Shown: positions 46,667-59,500, counted from the stretch's first letter. The stretch: 64,000 nucleotides of DNA from an uncultured bacterium (GCA_903824675.1 CAIJXV010000009.1:956-64955); one strand, 5' to 3'. Notes: a model not told the origin generated them from the letters alone. Made by a program: numbers and translations.

Positions 46667-47862
46667 GGGGCATCTCCTTGAAGTTCAGCGGGGTTGGGGG
46701 CGGCGTCCGACGCAGAGGGCGGGGGCAGGGGCTTTTGAATCAAATCATCCGGGGTGGGGAGCAGCAGGCTGGCGGAGAAATCGTCCAGGGTGTAGGTCCA
46801 GGTTCCCAGGCGCTGGTTGAATTCCTGGACTTCCTCGGTTTTCCGGGTTCGATCCGCCTCGGTATCGCCGGCGGGAGGGAGGGGCGATGCGGGCGCATTC
46901 GTGGCGGCTACGGCCGGGGCTTTGGGAGCCGGGGGATTATAGGCCATCTCGACGCGGATATAGCGGGTGGCGGAAACGGCTTCCGATTGGCCGAAGAGTA
47001 CGGAATACCGGCGGCCATCCGCGGTTTCAGCATCGATCCGGGCGGGTTGATTGAGCCCTGTTTTTTCGGCGGTCAGGGCGGGATCGGCGATCGCGGTGAA
47101 GCGCAGGAAGGAGAGGGCGCTGGTGATCCGGTTGACTTTTTCAGGATCGAGGGTTTTACCCTCCGGCAGACCTTCGGCTAAAGTCCATTCGGCCGTCGGG
47201 GTGGTGCGCGAGAGGACCAGGGGCGGACGGTTTGACACCGAGACGGAGAGGCGGATCAGGTCGGCGGCGGCGGGAGCCAGGAATTGAGGATCCATCCATT
47301 CTTTTGAAGAAGCGGGCAAATCGGTCAGCGGATTATCCACCAGGACGAGAGCGCCGTCTTCCAGGGCGACATAGCGCGCACCGACGGATTCGGTAAACAT
47401 GGCCGCCTCATCCGAAGCATTGGGGCTTCGCGGGCGTTTGCCGACGATCAGGCGGGCGATGGTCCGGTCGCCGGGGCCGGAGAGGAGGATCTGCGTTCCG
47501 ATGCCGGTCGGTGCTCCGGGCGCATTTAGCAGGAGTTCCCCTTTTTGGGCGTCATCCAGACGCAGGACATCGCCGATTTTGAGTTCGGCCAGCGTGCGGA
47601 TGAACTCGCGGATTTTGTCAAAGTCAGCCCAATAGTTGTGGAGCTCGGGAAGGATCCATCCCGATTCAGCGCGCACAACCGTGGTCGTGGCGTCGGAGCC
47701 GATGACCGTAATCCGGGTGACCGCATTGAAATCGCAGTCGGCGAAGGGTTTTTGGCCGATACGCGAAGGAACGCCGGTGTCGGTTTTTCGCGCGGAGAAG
47801 TAGGCCCCGGCCGCGACTAAAAGGGCCAGGACGACGAGGATCAACAGGGATTTGGTTTTCAT
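46663..47862 (-). CDS. DUF4340-like secreted/anchored protein (GldG-associated)
   Basis: N-terminal TM/signal. Follows a GldG-like gene, as DUF4340 genes typically do. 4-nt overlap with moxR. Confidence 0.55.
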   Translation of the reverse strand: MKTKSLLILVVLALLVAAGAYFSARKTDTGVPSRIGQKPFADCDFNAVTRITVIGSDATTTVVRAESGWILPELHNYWADFDKIREFIRTLAELKIGDVLRLDDAQKGELLLNAPGAPTGIGTQILLSGPGDRTIARLIVGKRPRSPNASDEAAMFTESVGARYVALEDGALVLVDNPLTDLPASSKEWMDPQFLAPAAADLIRLSVSVSNRPPLVLSRTTPTAEWTLAEGLPEGKTLDPEKVNRITSALSFLRFTAIADPALTAEKTGLNQPARIDAETADGRRYSVLFGQSEAVSATRYIRVEMAYNPPAPKAPAVAATNAPASPLPPAGDTEADRTRKTEEVQEFNQRLGTWTYTLDDFSASLLLPTPDDLIQKPLPPPSASDAAPNPAELQGDAP

Positions 47863-47888
47863 AAATGAGGATTCCTTTGACTAAGGGT

Positions 47889-49823
47889 TCAGAGGGTGGA
47901 CGATGATAAACGGCGCCGGGCGCGAATCCGTCGGACGAGGGGGACCGACAGCCCGATGAGAGCCACGAGAAGGGGCACCCCGACGATGTTGATGATCTTG
48001 ATTTTGAGGCCGAGCTGTTCGATGCCTTCGCGCAAACGTTTGCGAACTTGGCGCAATTCCTGTTGGGAGACCAGCATTTGTGCGCGGAAATTGGCGATGG
48101 CCTTTTCCTGCTCGGGGCTCAGGATGAATTTTTGGTGGTCATCTTTACGGGATTGTAGTTCGCCGAGGCGTTGCTGAAGCGTCTGGACTTTTTTCTCCAG
48201 TTCTTGTTCGCGGACACGATGCTGTTCCTGGGCCTGGCGGGCAAGGGCGACGACCCGGGTGAAGGGCCGTTCGCTCTTGCCGCGACTGCGGATGCCGATC
48301 AAATCGGTTCCTCCGGCGGTCTGATCGATGAGGTTGGCGAAGAGGGCGATATTGTCGTTGAACGGCTGATTGACGGAGGCCCCCAGGAAATTCATTTCCC
48401 GGACACAGAAGGAATTGGCGAGGCAATCCACATCGCCCACGACGACGACGAGTCCCGGCCGGTCGGACGCATTCTGACTCCGCGGGGTTTCAGCGGTCGC
48501 CAAAGCATTGGTCTCGGCGCCGGCGGTTTTGGGCCGGCCTTCGGGAAAGGCGGTCTGGAAGACGCCGCTGAGGCGGATGGCCAGAGGGAAGGCCTGCTGC
48601 TCGCTCTTGAAATCGCGACGGATATTGTCACTGCCGAACCCGGCCATAAGGGCGCTGACCCGCTGGGCGTTGGATGAGGAGCGCAGGAGGACGGTGGAGG
48701 TGAGGCCCTCACGCTTCTGGACTTCGAAGACGCCGGTGAAGGGGAGCAGAAGGGAATCGAGCGAGGCGAGGGCGACTTCGGAGGAATTGAACCGTGTCGG
48801 ATCGAGGCTCAGGAAGAGCGGGCTCTGTTCCGGCTGGTTATCCCGACCGCGAACGGTGGTGCCGGCGTCGATGTCGGCGATGACGCGCGAGGCATCATAG
48901 GTAATTCCCCAGGTGGCGAACAGCCGGGGCAGATCGGATGAGGCGCGGGGCATGGACATGCCCTGCATGCCGCCTGAGGCGCTTTCATCGGAAACGCAGA
49001 GCGGATCGACGAAGGCGAGGAGCCGTCCGCCGCGGAGGACGAACTGGTCGATGGCGAAGAGGGTTTCCTCACTGAGATTCTTGGGGTGAACCACCACGAG
49101 GGTGGTTATATCCGGAGCGATGGTGATGGCCGACGACGGGACCGGGCGGACCTGGTAGTCCTCCTTCAAGCCTTGGAATGCGAGCCACGGCGGTTGGGCT
49201 GTGGGGCGCGGTCCGCCCATGGGGGGGGAATCAGAGGGATCGGAGCCCAGGACAGGAAGGGAACTGAGGACGCCGATGACCGGGCGCTGGGGATGGGCGA
49301 CGCGGGCGATCATGCGGGTCAGGTTGTATTCGAGCATCTCTTCCGTGCGGGGATCGATGACCGGCATCATTTGCTGTTCAGCGCCGGAAACCGCCACCAC
49401 TCCCAAGTAGAGCGTGGGACCCATCATTCCGAGCGGTTGGCCCTGGATGCCGAACCGATGGGCCATTTCCTCGGCGTCGGAGTCGGGTTGGGGGTCGTAT
49501 TTTTCGAGCGTAATCCGGCCTTGGGAGGTCCGGACATATTCCCGCAGGAGATCTTCGACCTGCCGGGAGAAGGCCTTGAAGGGGCCGGGGATTTCCGGGG
49601 CGCTGGTGCTGGAGAAGAACTTCAGCACGACCGGCCGGTCGAGTTTTCCGACCAAGTTTCGACTGCCCGGGGAGAGGGTGAAGAGTTTTTCCTCCGTCAG
49701 ATCCCAGCGAAGGACGATCCGTCCGCACAGGCTGTTGAGGGCGATGAGGAGGACGAGCAGGGCGGCGAGGGCGAAGAGGCTGCCGCCGGTTTTCCAGAGG
49801 GCAAGCGAGAGGCGTTTACTCAT
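47889..49823 (-). CDS. GldG-like ABC-transporter auxiliary component (ABC-type uncharacterised transport system, PF09822-like)
   Basis: N-terminal and C-terminal TM anchors flanking a large periplasmic domain. Gene order ATPase-permease-this is the gldAFG order. Start taken at MSKRLSL; the longer ORF-track N-terminus is low-complexity extension. Confidence 0.6.
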   Translation of the reverse strand: MSKRLSLALWKTGGSLFALAALLVLLIALNSLCGRIVLRWDLTEEKLFTLSPGSRNLVGKLDRPVVLKFFSSTSAPEIPGPFKAFSRQVEDLLREYVRTSQGRITLEKYDPQPDSDAEEMAHRFGIQGQPLGMMGPTLYLGVVAVSGAEQQMMPVIDPRTEEMLEYNLTRMIARVAHPQRPVIGVLSSLPVLGSDPSDSPPMGGPRPTAQPPWLAFQGLKEDYQVRPVPSSAITIAPDITTLVVVHPKNLSEETLFAIDQFVLRGGRLLAFVDPLCVSDESASGGMQGMSMPRASSDLPRLFATWGITYDASRVIADIDAGTTVRGRDNQPEQSPLFLSLDPTRFNSSEVALASLDSLLLPFTGVFEVQKREGLTSTVLLRSSSNAQRVSALMAGFGSDNIRRDFKSEQQAFPLAIRLSGVFQTAFPEGRPKTAGAETNALATAETPRSQNASDRPGLVVVVGDVDCLANSFCVREMNFLGASVNQPFNDNIALFANLIDQTAGGTDLIGIRSRGKSERPFTRVVALARQAQEQHRVREQELEKKVQTLQQRLGELQSRKDDHQKFILSPEQEKAIANFRAQMLVSQQELRQVRKRLREGIEQLGLKIKIINIVGVPLLVALIGLSVPLVRRIRARRRLSSSTL

Positions 49824-49839
49824 GGGGGATCGACCTTCC

Positions 49840-50586
49840 TTAGGCGGCTTTACGGTTATTGAGAACGAGGAATGTGGCGAAGAGCATGAAGACCATGACA
49901 CTCGCAAAATAGACCAGGTTGCGCAGGTCGATGACCCCGCGTTGGATGGCCTCGAAATGCGGCATGAAACTGAAGGCCGAAACCACGCGAACGACATTGG
50001 CCGGCGCCCAGCGGACAAACATTTCGGTGACGGGGGGGTAGCCTGCGAGCAGGAGGAAGAGACAGAAAACCAGGGCCAGCACAAAACTGATCACCTGGTT
50101 GCGGGTCATCGCCGAGGTGAGGAGCCCGATCGAGAGATAGGTTCCCGCGAGCAGGAAGCTGGCGAAGTACCCTCCGATGATCATTCCGGTATCCGGAGAT
50201 CCCAGGTAATAGGTTGTAATGACCACCGGACAGGTCAGGATCAAGGCCACCAGCAGGAATATCCAGGCGGCAATGAATTTGCCGAGGATGGCCTGGGTGA
50301 GGGTGACCGGCAGGGTCAGGAGGAGTTCGATGGTGCCGGAACGGCGTTCCTCGGCCCAGAGCCGCATGGCGGCCGCGGGTACGAGAATCAGGTAGACCCA
50401 GGGGTGCAATCCGAAGAAGACCTCCCGCAGATCCGCCTGCCCGTTTTCGTAATATCGGCCGATTCCAAAGGTCAGGAAGGCGGTCAACATCAGGAAGACG
50501 ATGAGAAAAACATACGCGACGGGCGAACCGAAAAAAGCATTCAGTTCGCGTCGTATGAGAGCGCCAGTGGTACGCATCCAGTCCAT
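49840..50586 (-). CDS. ABC-2 family transporter permease (GldF-like)
   Basis: 248 aa with 6 hydrophobic helices. Adjacent to the ABC ATPase. Confidence 0.7.
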   Translation of the reverse strand: MDWMRTTGALIRRELNAFFGSPVAYVFLIVFLMLTAFLTFGIGRYYENGQADLREVFFGLHPWVYLILVPAAAMRLWAEERRSGTIELLLTLPVTLTQAILGKFIAAWIFLLVALILTCPVVITTYYLGSPDTGMIIGGYFASFLLAGTYLSIGLLTSAMTRNQVISFVLALVFCLFLLLAGYPPVTEMFVRWAPANVVRVVSAFSFMPHFEAIQRGVIDLRNLVYFASVMVFMLFATFLVLNNRKAA

Positions 50587-50607
50587 GTTTAAGTCCTTTT
50601 CTTTCGA

Positions 50608-51549
50608 TTATTTCGATTTACGAATTTGTTCTTCACCCAGGGTCAATTCCCGGAACAGCTCGTCGAGCCGGCCTTCCAGCACGCGGAGGTCGGTAACCGG
50701 CCAGTTGCGTTGCTTGATCAGGGCGCCGGCTTCGGCCACAAGCCGGGACGAGGCATCAGCGCGGGGGATCAGGACGTAGCGGCCATCGGTCTGGGAGACG
50801 CGGGCGGCGGCCGGAAGCGCCTGGAGTTCGGTCAAGGCGGTGGACGCGCCGGCCAGGGTAAAGGCCACGGCGCCGTGCTGGGAGCTACGGGCCTTGAGTT
50901 CGGCGGGCGTGCCGTTAGCGACAACCCGGCCGTTGGCGATGATCACCGCGCGGGTGCAGATTTCCTCGACTTCCTCGAGGATGTGCGTCGAAATGACGAT
51001 CGCCTTGTTGGGCGACATGGCGCGGATCATCTGGCGGACAATATGTTTCTGGTTCGGATCGAGGCCGTCGGTCGGTTCGTCCATGATCAGCAGGGGGGGG
51101 TCATGCAGAATGGCCTGGGCGAAGCAGACTCGTTGCCGGAACCCTTTGGACAGCGTATCGATGCTTTGCTGGGCGACTTTCTGCAGGCGGCATTGATCGA
51201 TGGCTGTCGCGATGCGGCTGCGGGCTTCGACCTTGTTATAACCGCGGATGCGGGCGATGAATTCGAGAAAATGCTGAACCGTGAGATCTCCGTAAACCGG
51301 CGCGTTCTCGGGCAGGTAACCGATCTGGCGCTTGACGCCGATCGGGTCGAGGGTGACGTCACACCCGTTGACGATCGCCGTTCCACCGGTGGGCGGTAAA
51401 AAACCGGTAACCATGCGCATGGTCGTTGATTTCCCGGCGCCATTGGGGCCAAGGAACCCGAGCACTTCGCCCCGACCCACCGTCAGCGAGATCCCGCGTA
51501 CGGCATGGATCGGACCGAACCATCGGTCCAGATTTCGGATTTCCAGCAT
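50608..51549 (-). CDS. ABC transporter ATP-binding protein (GldA-like)
   Basis: Walker A GPNGAGKST, signature LSKGFRQR, Walker B LLIMDEPTDGLD. Confidence 0.85.
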   Translation of the reverse strand: MLEIRNLDRWFGPIHAVRGISLTVGRGEVLGFLGPNGAGKSTTMRMVTGFLPPTGGTAIVNGCDVTLDPIGVKRQIGYLPENAPVYGDLTVQHFLEFIARIRGYNKVEARSRIATAIDQCRLQKVAQQSIDTLSKGFRQRVCFAQAILHDPPLLIMDEPTDGLDPNQKHIVRQMIRAMSPNKAIVISTHILEEVEEICTRAVIIANGRVVANGTPAELKARSSQHGAVAFTLAGASTALTELQALPAAARVSQTDGRYVLIPRADASSRLVAEAGALIKQRNWPVTDLRVLEGRLDELFRELTLGEEQIRKSK

Positions 51550-51610
51550 TCTCGTCCTCTCTTCTTCTGTATTTAGGCCGGTCCATCCTCGCGCACCCCG
51601 AAGGGAGCTG

Positions 51611-52354
51611 TTAACGGATCGGCACCTGGGTTTCATGAGGTGGATTCAATCCCGGGAGGGGGATGACCACCTTGAGTACATTATCCTCGAAAGTAGCTTC
51701 GATCTCCGCCGAAGGGGTAGGCGTTGCGGGGAGGCGAATTTGTTGTTCAAACCGGGAGCGGGCGTGATGGGAAATCCGGGCCTGGGGATCATCGGTGGTC
51801 GTCTGGGCCTGACGTTCGGCGATGATCTTGAGAATGTCTCCATTGAGCGTCAAGTGAATATCTTTCTTTTCAGTTTGAGGAAGGGTGACCGTCAAAATCA
51901 GCCGGTCTTTTTCAGGACGCATATTGATGGAGGGTGAAATGGCCAGAACATTCCATCCCTCGTCGAAAGTGCCGACGGGATCAACCGGCGGGTTGGGCAT
52001 GCCCATCTGGCGGAAAAGTTGTTCCATTTGGGCCAGCATTTGTTCGGGATGTTGCGGGTTAACCGATTTGGTAGCTTCACTCGCCTCAAAATCAGAGGCG
52101 AGCAGGGGGTCCATTCCCGACTGTAGTTGATGGAGTTGTTCGAGGGAAGCGCGCAGATGGTTCCAATCAGGATCATTCATCCTGCCGATGCCGTGGAATG
52201 AGTGGCTCGCAATCCGCTGAGGGCGGATGAACCAATAGGTGATTGCCGAAGCCAAAAAAGCAACGACCAAGAGGATCAAGGCGAATCCGATCCCCTTAAC
52301 CCATCGCGCTTTTAGCCAATTTGTGTCCATGGTGAAATCCATCAAAAAATACAT
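51611..52354 (-). CDS. Hsp20/alpha-crystallin small heat-shock protein with N-terminal transmembrane helix
   Basis: C-terminal alpha-crystallin domain blocks (RLILTVTLPQTEKKDIHLTLNGDILKIIAER..., FEDNVLKVVIPLP). N-terminal GIGFALILLVVAFLASAITYWF helix. True start may be the ATG at 52330. Confidence 0.7.
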   Translation of the reverse strand: MYFLMDFTMDTNWLKARWVKGIGFALILLVVAFLASAITYWFIRPQRIASHSFHGIGRMNDPDWNHLRASLEQLHQLQSGMDPLLASDFEASEATKSVNPQHPEQMLAQMEQLFRQMGMPNPPVDPVGTFDEGWNVLAISPSINMRPEKDRLILTVTLPQTEKKDIHLTLNGDILKIIAERQAQTTTDDPQARISHHARSRFEQQIRLPATPTPSAEIEATFEDNVLKVVIPLPGLNPPHETQVPIR

Positions 52355-52372
52355 CCGGTCTGACTTCCATAT

Positions 52373-52388
52373 AGCAACCGATGTGCCA
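52373..52388 (-). promoter_or_regulatory. Candidate sigma54 (-24/-12) promoter TGGCAC-N5-TTGCT upstream of the sHSP gene
   Basis: The minus-strand sequence TGGCACATCGGTTGCT matches the GG-N10-GC consensus exactly, with correct spacing, 19-34 nt upstream of the annotated sHSP start. Confidence 0.35.
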
Positions 52389-52604
52389 AGTCATTGGAAC
52401 ACATTATCCATATATTGTTCAAGTCTATTAAAATGAATAAGATAAGAAAAAAATATTCCTCGTTTAATGGCACCTTGCGTGACGTTTATAAACCCGCAAG
52501 ACGACATTATGTCGTATGTGTGGGCGACAAAATGGCGTAGTTTGTGAAGTGTGAGTTCCCTTGAACGTCCACAGATAACCTGTCCCCAGTGTCCCATACG
52601 GGAG

Positions 52605-52636
52605 GGACGGCTACCACGCCGTCCGCCGATTTTTTC
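52605..52636 (+). terminator. Rho-independent terminator-like hairpin (ggacggc-taccac-gccgtcc) followed by a T-run on the plus strand
   Basis: 7-bp GC stem, 6-nt loop, then gccgatttttt. No annotated plus-strand CDS ends here, so it may terminate an unannotated sRNA. Confidence 0.35.
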
Positions 52637-52760
52637 ACAGCTTCGTTGATCCGGCTCAACTTCGCCCCCAGTACCGCCGTGTGTCCATTCATCATTCACA
52701 AATAACTTGTATAAGTCCGGTAAACCAGCGAAATTAACACCCAGCTAATCAGGAGGTCAT

Positions 52761-52901
52761 CATGTTCGATATAATTTCGACGTCCATGCTGGGAATTGTG
52801 GTGGTGTGCCTGATGGTGATTACCTTGGGATTGCAGATTCAAGTTCGATCATTGAACGAGAAAATTGACGAATTGATCCGACGGACTCAAGACGGGTCGA
52901 A
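52761..52901 (+). CDS. Small (46 aa) single-TM membrane protein, not in the ORF track (<60 aa)
   Basis: Strong SD AGGAGG 7 nt upstream of the ATG. Hydrophobic core GIVVVCLMVITLGL followed by a charged tail. Confidence 0.4.
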
Positions 52902-52989
52902 ATAGTCCGGAATATTTTAACTTCAGCAGCCATCCCATAGGATGCGCAGACCGATCGCCTGCCAAATCCATCTCTACCGATTTTTTTTA

Positions 52990-56187
<3,198 letters not shown>

Positions 56188-56197
56188 GGCGGAGATT

Positions 56198-57160
56198 TCA
56201 GGTCGGGCGATTTCGGGAAGCGCTGGGGATCCATTCCATCCAGCCGGTGGTCCAGTTGGCGAGCGTATGAGTGGCGCGGAGGGTGAACCCGAGGCGTTCG
56301 AAACGGGATTGAACGCGGGGAAATTCGGGTTTGCGGATTCCGGAAAGGATGAGCGCCGCACCGGGCCGACGGCGGACGGTTCGTGCGATGGCCGGTGCGT
56401 GCCGAAGGAGGAGACTGCCCAGGAGATTGGCGACCACCACTTCCGACCGGAGCGAGCTGGGAATCCGTTCGGCGGAACCGGGGGAAAAGACGATCTGGTC
56501 CCCGAGGCCATTGCGATCGGCGTTGATCCGGGATTCGTCCACGGCGATCGGGTCATAGTCGATGCCCCGCACGGGGTGGAACCCGAGCCGTGCAGCCGCG
56601 ATGGACAAAATTCCGGACCCACAGCCGAGATCGAGAACCGGTCGATCGGGATTCTCGCGGGCGATCCGATCCAGGAAGACGAGGCAGGCGCGGGTGGTGG
56701 CATGGAGTCCGGTGCCGAAACTACGGCCGGGATCGATGGAGAGGACCCATCCGTGGGGCGGGGGGGTGGGGTTTTCCCACGGTGGGGTCACGGTCAAGCG
56801 GGGGGAGACTTTGCGGGAATGGAAAAACTTTTTCCAGGCATCGGCCCAATTCGCAGGCGGAATGAAAATTATTTGGAGTCGAATGCGGGACGAGGGAAGT
56901 CCGGCCTCACGGAAGAGTTGACGATAGCGGGCGCGCGCGGCGACGGCCGTAGCCCGATCGGCATGGTAGGTTTCGATGCGCGCGCGGTCCCGGTCGGCAT
57001 CCGACCAGAGGGTGGCGGACGGGTCGAGGCGGAGCAGACGGGGGAGCCACTGGCGTCCCAGGGGACGGGTGGTCTGGGCCCGGACGACAAACCAGGCGGG
57101 CCACAGAGCGGAGGGGCTGACCGGCGAAGGGGATGATGAACGGCGCGGGCGCGCTTTCAT
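56198..57160 (-). CDS. prmA: Ribosomal protein L11 methyltransferase PrmA
   Basis: WKKFFHSRKV...IDPGRSFGTGLHATT...VLDLGCGSGILSIAAARLG...GIDYDPIAV family blocks. Confidence 0.75.
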   Translation of the reverse strand: MKARPRRSSSPSPVSPSALWPAWFVVRAQTTRPLGRQWLPRLLRLDPSATLWSDADRDRARIETYHADRATAVAARARYRQLFREAGLPSSRIRLQIIFIPPANWADAWKKFFHSRKVSPRLTVTPPWENPTPPPHGWVLSIDPGRSFGTGLHATTRACLVFLDRIARENPDRPVLDLGCGSGILSIAAARLGFHPVRGIDYDPIAVDESRINADRNGLGDQIVFSPGSAERIPSSLRSEVVVANLLGSLLLRHAPAIARTVRRRPGAALILSGIRKPEFPRVQSRFERLGFTLRATHTLANWTTGWMEWIPSASRNRPT

Positions 57161-57168
57161 GGTGGGGT

Positions 57169-58137
57169 TTACTCCTCCGAGGCGGCAGGGGTTGGGGACG
57201 CGAGATCTTTACGGGAGAGGCCACACTGTTCCAGGATCACATCCGTTGTGCGGAAGTGATTTTTGGAGACCTCGTTGAGGATTTGGGGGCCGTGGGCCTT
57301 GACCAATTCGCAGCCCGTTTTGATCACGGCCGGGGATGCGCCTTTGGGAATAGTCCGGTTATAGGTGGCGCCGATCTTCTTCAGGGCCAGCAAAAAACCG
57401 GCGCGGGCCAGAACGGAGGCGGCCGCGACGGCGAGGTCGGATTCAGCCTTATGCCGCTGAACCAGCTCGATTTTTTTGCCCTTTTGCATCAGGGCGCGGA
57501 TGACCTGTTGCTTCTGGCCAAATTGGTCGGAAATGGCCCGGGGGCAATCGGGGATGACCATCAGGATGTTTTCGATACATCGGGCGTGCGCCCAGGCCAG
57601 GATGTTATTGACCGACTTCACCTTGATGTGAAATGAATTATAACGGGCGGGGCCGATCATCACGACGGTCTTACGGGGGCCGAGCAGGCGTTCGATCGAA
57701 CGCGCCATGTCGATCGCCTTGGCGTCGCTGGTGATGGTTTTGCTGTCGCGAACACCGAGATCTTTCAGGGGGCCGTAGAGGGATTCGTCGACATAGGCGC
57801 CGGCCGTGACCAAGGGACCAAAAAAATCACCCTTGCCGCTTTCGTCGACGCCCATATGGGGTTTGATGCTGTCGGGGTCGAGGATGGTTTCGTAGCCCAG
57901 GCGGGGGGCGAGGAGAATTTGGGGTTCGAGAATGAACGTGATGAACTCTTCCGTGCCGCGCCCCTGGACGAGGCATTTCCCGCTTTGATAGACATGAATC
58001 CGGCAATCGGGGGTTTCGGCGGCATAGCGGGTGTAAGGGACGGTGATGGGGTGGTAATTGCCGGCCTTGAGGAGCTCAATCAAGCTCTCCTGCTGGGCAG
58101 GGGTCAGAACCTGGGTGAATGACGTTTTTGGATTCAT
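57169..58137 (-). CDS. rnhC: Ribonuclease HIII
   Basis: N-terminal TBP-like domain followed by an RNase HII-type catalytic domain with GVDESGKGDFFGPLV. Confidence 0.75.
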   Translation of the reverse strand: MNPKTSFTQVLTPAQQESLIELLKAGNYHPITVPYTRYAAETPDCRIHVYQSGKCLVQGRGTEEFITFILEPQILLAPRLGYETILDPDSIKPHMGVDESGKGDFFGPLVTAGAYVDESLYGPLKDLGVRDSKTITSDAKAIDMARSIERLLGPRKTVVMIGPARYNSFHIKVKSVNNILAWAHARCIENILMVIPDCPRAISDQFGQKQQVIRALMQKGKKIELVQRHKAESDLAVAAASVLARAGFLLALKKIGATYNRTIPKGASPAVIKTGCELVKAHGPQILNEVSKNHFRTTDVILEQCGLSRKDLASPTPAASEE

Positions 58138-58314
58138 CGAACTTGCCTCTATATCACTAAACCGGCGCGAACGCAAAATAAAATTCCCGGCCTGGAAATT
58201 CAAGGGAGCGGGATATATTTTCAGGGAATAGGTGAAGATCCCGTTGAGGGCTCGCACCTGTATGCCAGATCCGCTACGCGATCCTTTAACCTGTCCAGCC
58301 TATGGGAATACGAC

Positions 58315-59499
58315 TCATGTCAAACTGAACTGCGGGATCTTCAGGAATTCGCCGTCCTTGAGGGCCGACTGGTGGGCCACGATGCCGCCGACCGTCATGT
58401 TTAATGCCTGGGCCACATCCACCAACGGCTTGCGGTCTTGCAGGATCGATTCGACGAATTCGCTCATCAGGTAGCCGTGCGATCCGCCATGACTCCCGGC
58501 GGCAATGCCGGGCGGCAAAGGAGGTCGGCGGGTTTTCACCGAGGCCTTGTCCTGTTTCTGTGAACGGATTCTTCCTTGTTCGCCACCGGCGTACGGGGTA
58601 TCCCAACTGACGGCCATGCGTGCCATTCCACCTTCGCTGGTTCGGAAGAGTGCGACCTCGGTGCCGAATGGGTTGCGGTAAGGATTGTTCGCCGGCTGAA
58701 GATACGGGACGATGCTGGGCATGCCCATGCAACTGACTTCGGTGAAACTTCCGCCGGACACCCCGACATAGTAGGCGTTCGAGTGAGTCGGGTACCATTG
58801 CGGCGGAATGCCCAATCGCCAGCCCAGGTAGGAGTCGATCGGGATGGGCGCGTAGTGAAAGTATTCGCCTTCGGTATACACCAGCTTGCCCAACTCACCG
58901 GCGTTATACTGTTGGCGCCAGGCATACAGGTCCGTATGAAAATAGGAGGTCTCGAACATCATGTACTTGAGCCCGCTCTTTTTGACAGCGGCCAGAAGTC
59001 GATGGGCATCCTCGATCGAGCCAATGACCGCGGGGACGGCCGAGGCCACATGTTTTCCGTGCTTCAAGGCGTCGATGCACAAGCGCGCATGACTGGGCGC
59101 GTCGGTGGCCACGAACACGGCCTCGATCCGGTCGTCCTCGATCATTTTTTCACACGAAGGATAGGTCTTGTTACAGCGGCAGGCCTTCGCCAGCGCGGCG
59201 CATCGGTCCGGAACCAGATCCGTGACGGCCACGACTTCGACGTTGGGGTGGTCTTGAAAACCGAATGCCGCACCGAATTGACAGACCCCGTAGCCCGCGA
59301 TCCCGACGCGGATCTTGCGATCGGAGACCGGTTTCCAGCCCTTCGAAGCATTAGGATCCACGGATTGTTTCTCGAATCCCTGCAGGGGTTCGAACGCGGC
59401 GGCGCGGGTCAGGCGGGGTAGGCCCCAGACGGCGGCTGCCACGCCCGCCATTTTGATGAAGGTTCGTCGTGAGGGCGATGGTGATGGGGGCGAATTCAT
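58315..59499 (-). CDS. Gfo/Idh/MocA-family oxidoreductase with twin-arginine (TAT) signal peptide
   Basis: SRRTFIKMAGVAAAVWG TAT motif. Rossmann block VGIAGYGVCQFGAAF. C-terminal GFOR-type domain. Confidence 0.8.
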   Translation of the reverse strand: MNSPPSPSPSRRTFIKMAGVAAAVWGLPRLTRAAAFEPLQGFEKQSVDPNASKGWKPVSDRKIRVGIAGYGVCQFGAAFGFQDHPNVEVVAVTDLVPDRCAALAKACRCNKTYPSCEKMIEDDRIEAVFVATDAPSHARLCIDALKHGKHVASAVPAVIGSIEDAHRLLAAVKKSGLKYMMFETSYFHTDLYAWRQQYNAGELGKLVYTEGEYFHYAPIPIDSYLGWRLGIPPQWYPTHSNAYYVGVSGGSFTEVSCMGMPSIVPYLQPANNPYRNPFGTEVALFRTSEGGMARMAVSWDTPYAGGEQGRIRSQKQDKASVKTRRPPLPPGIAAGSHGGSHGYLMSEFVESILQDRKPLVDVAQALNMTVGGIVAHQSALKDGEFLKIPQFSLT

Positions 59500-59500
59500 A

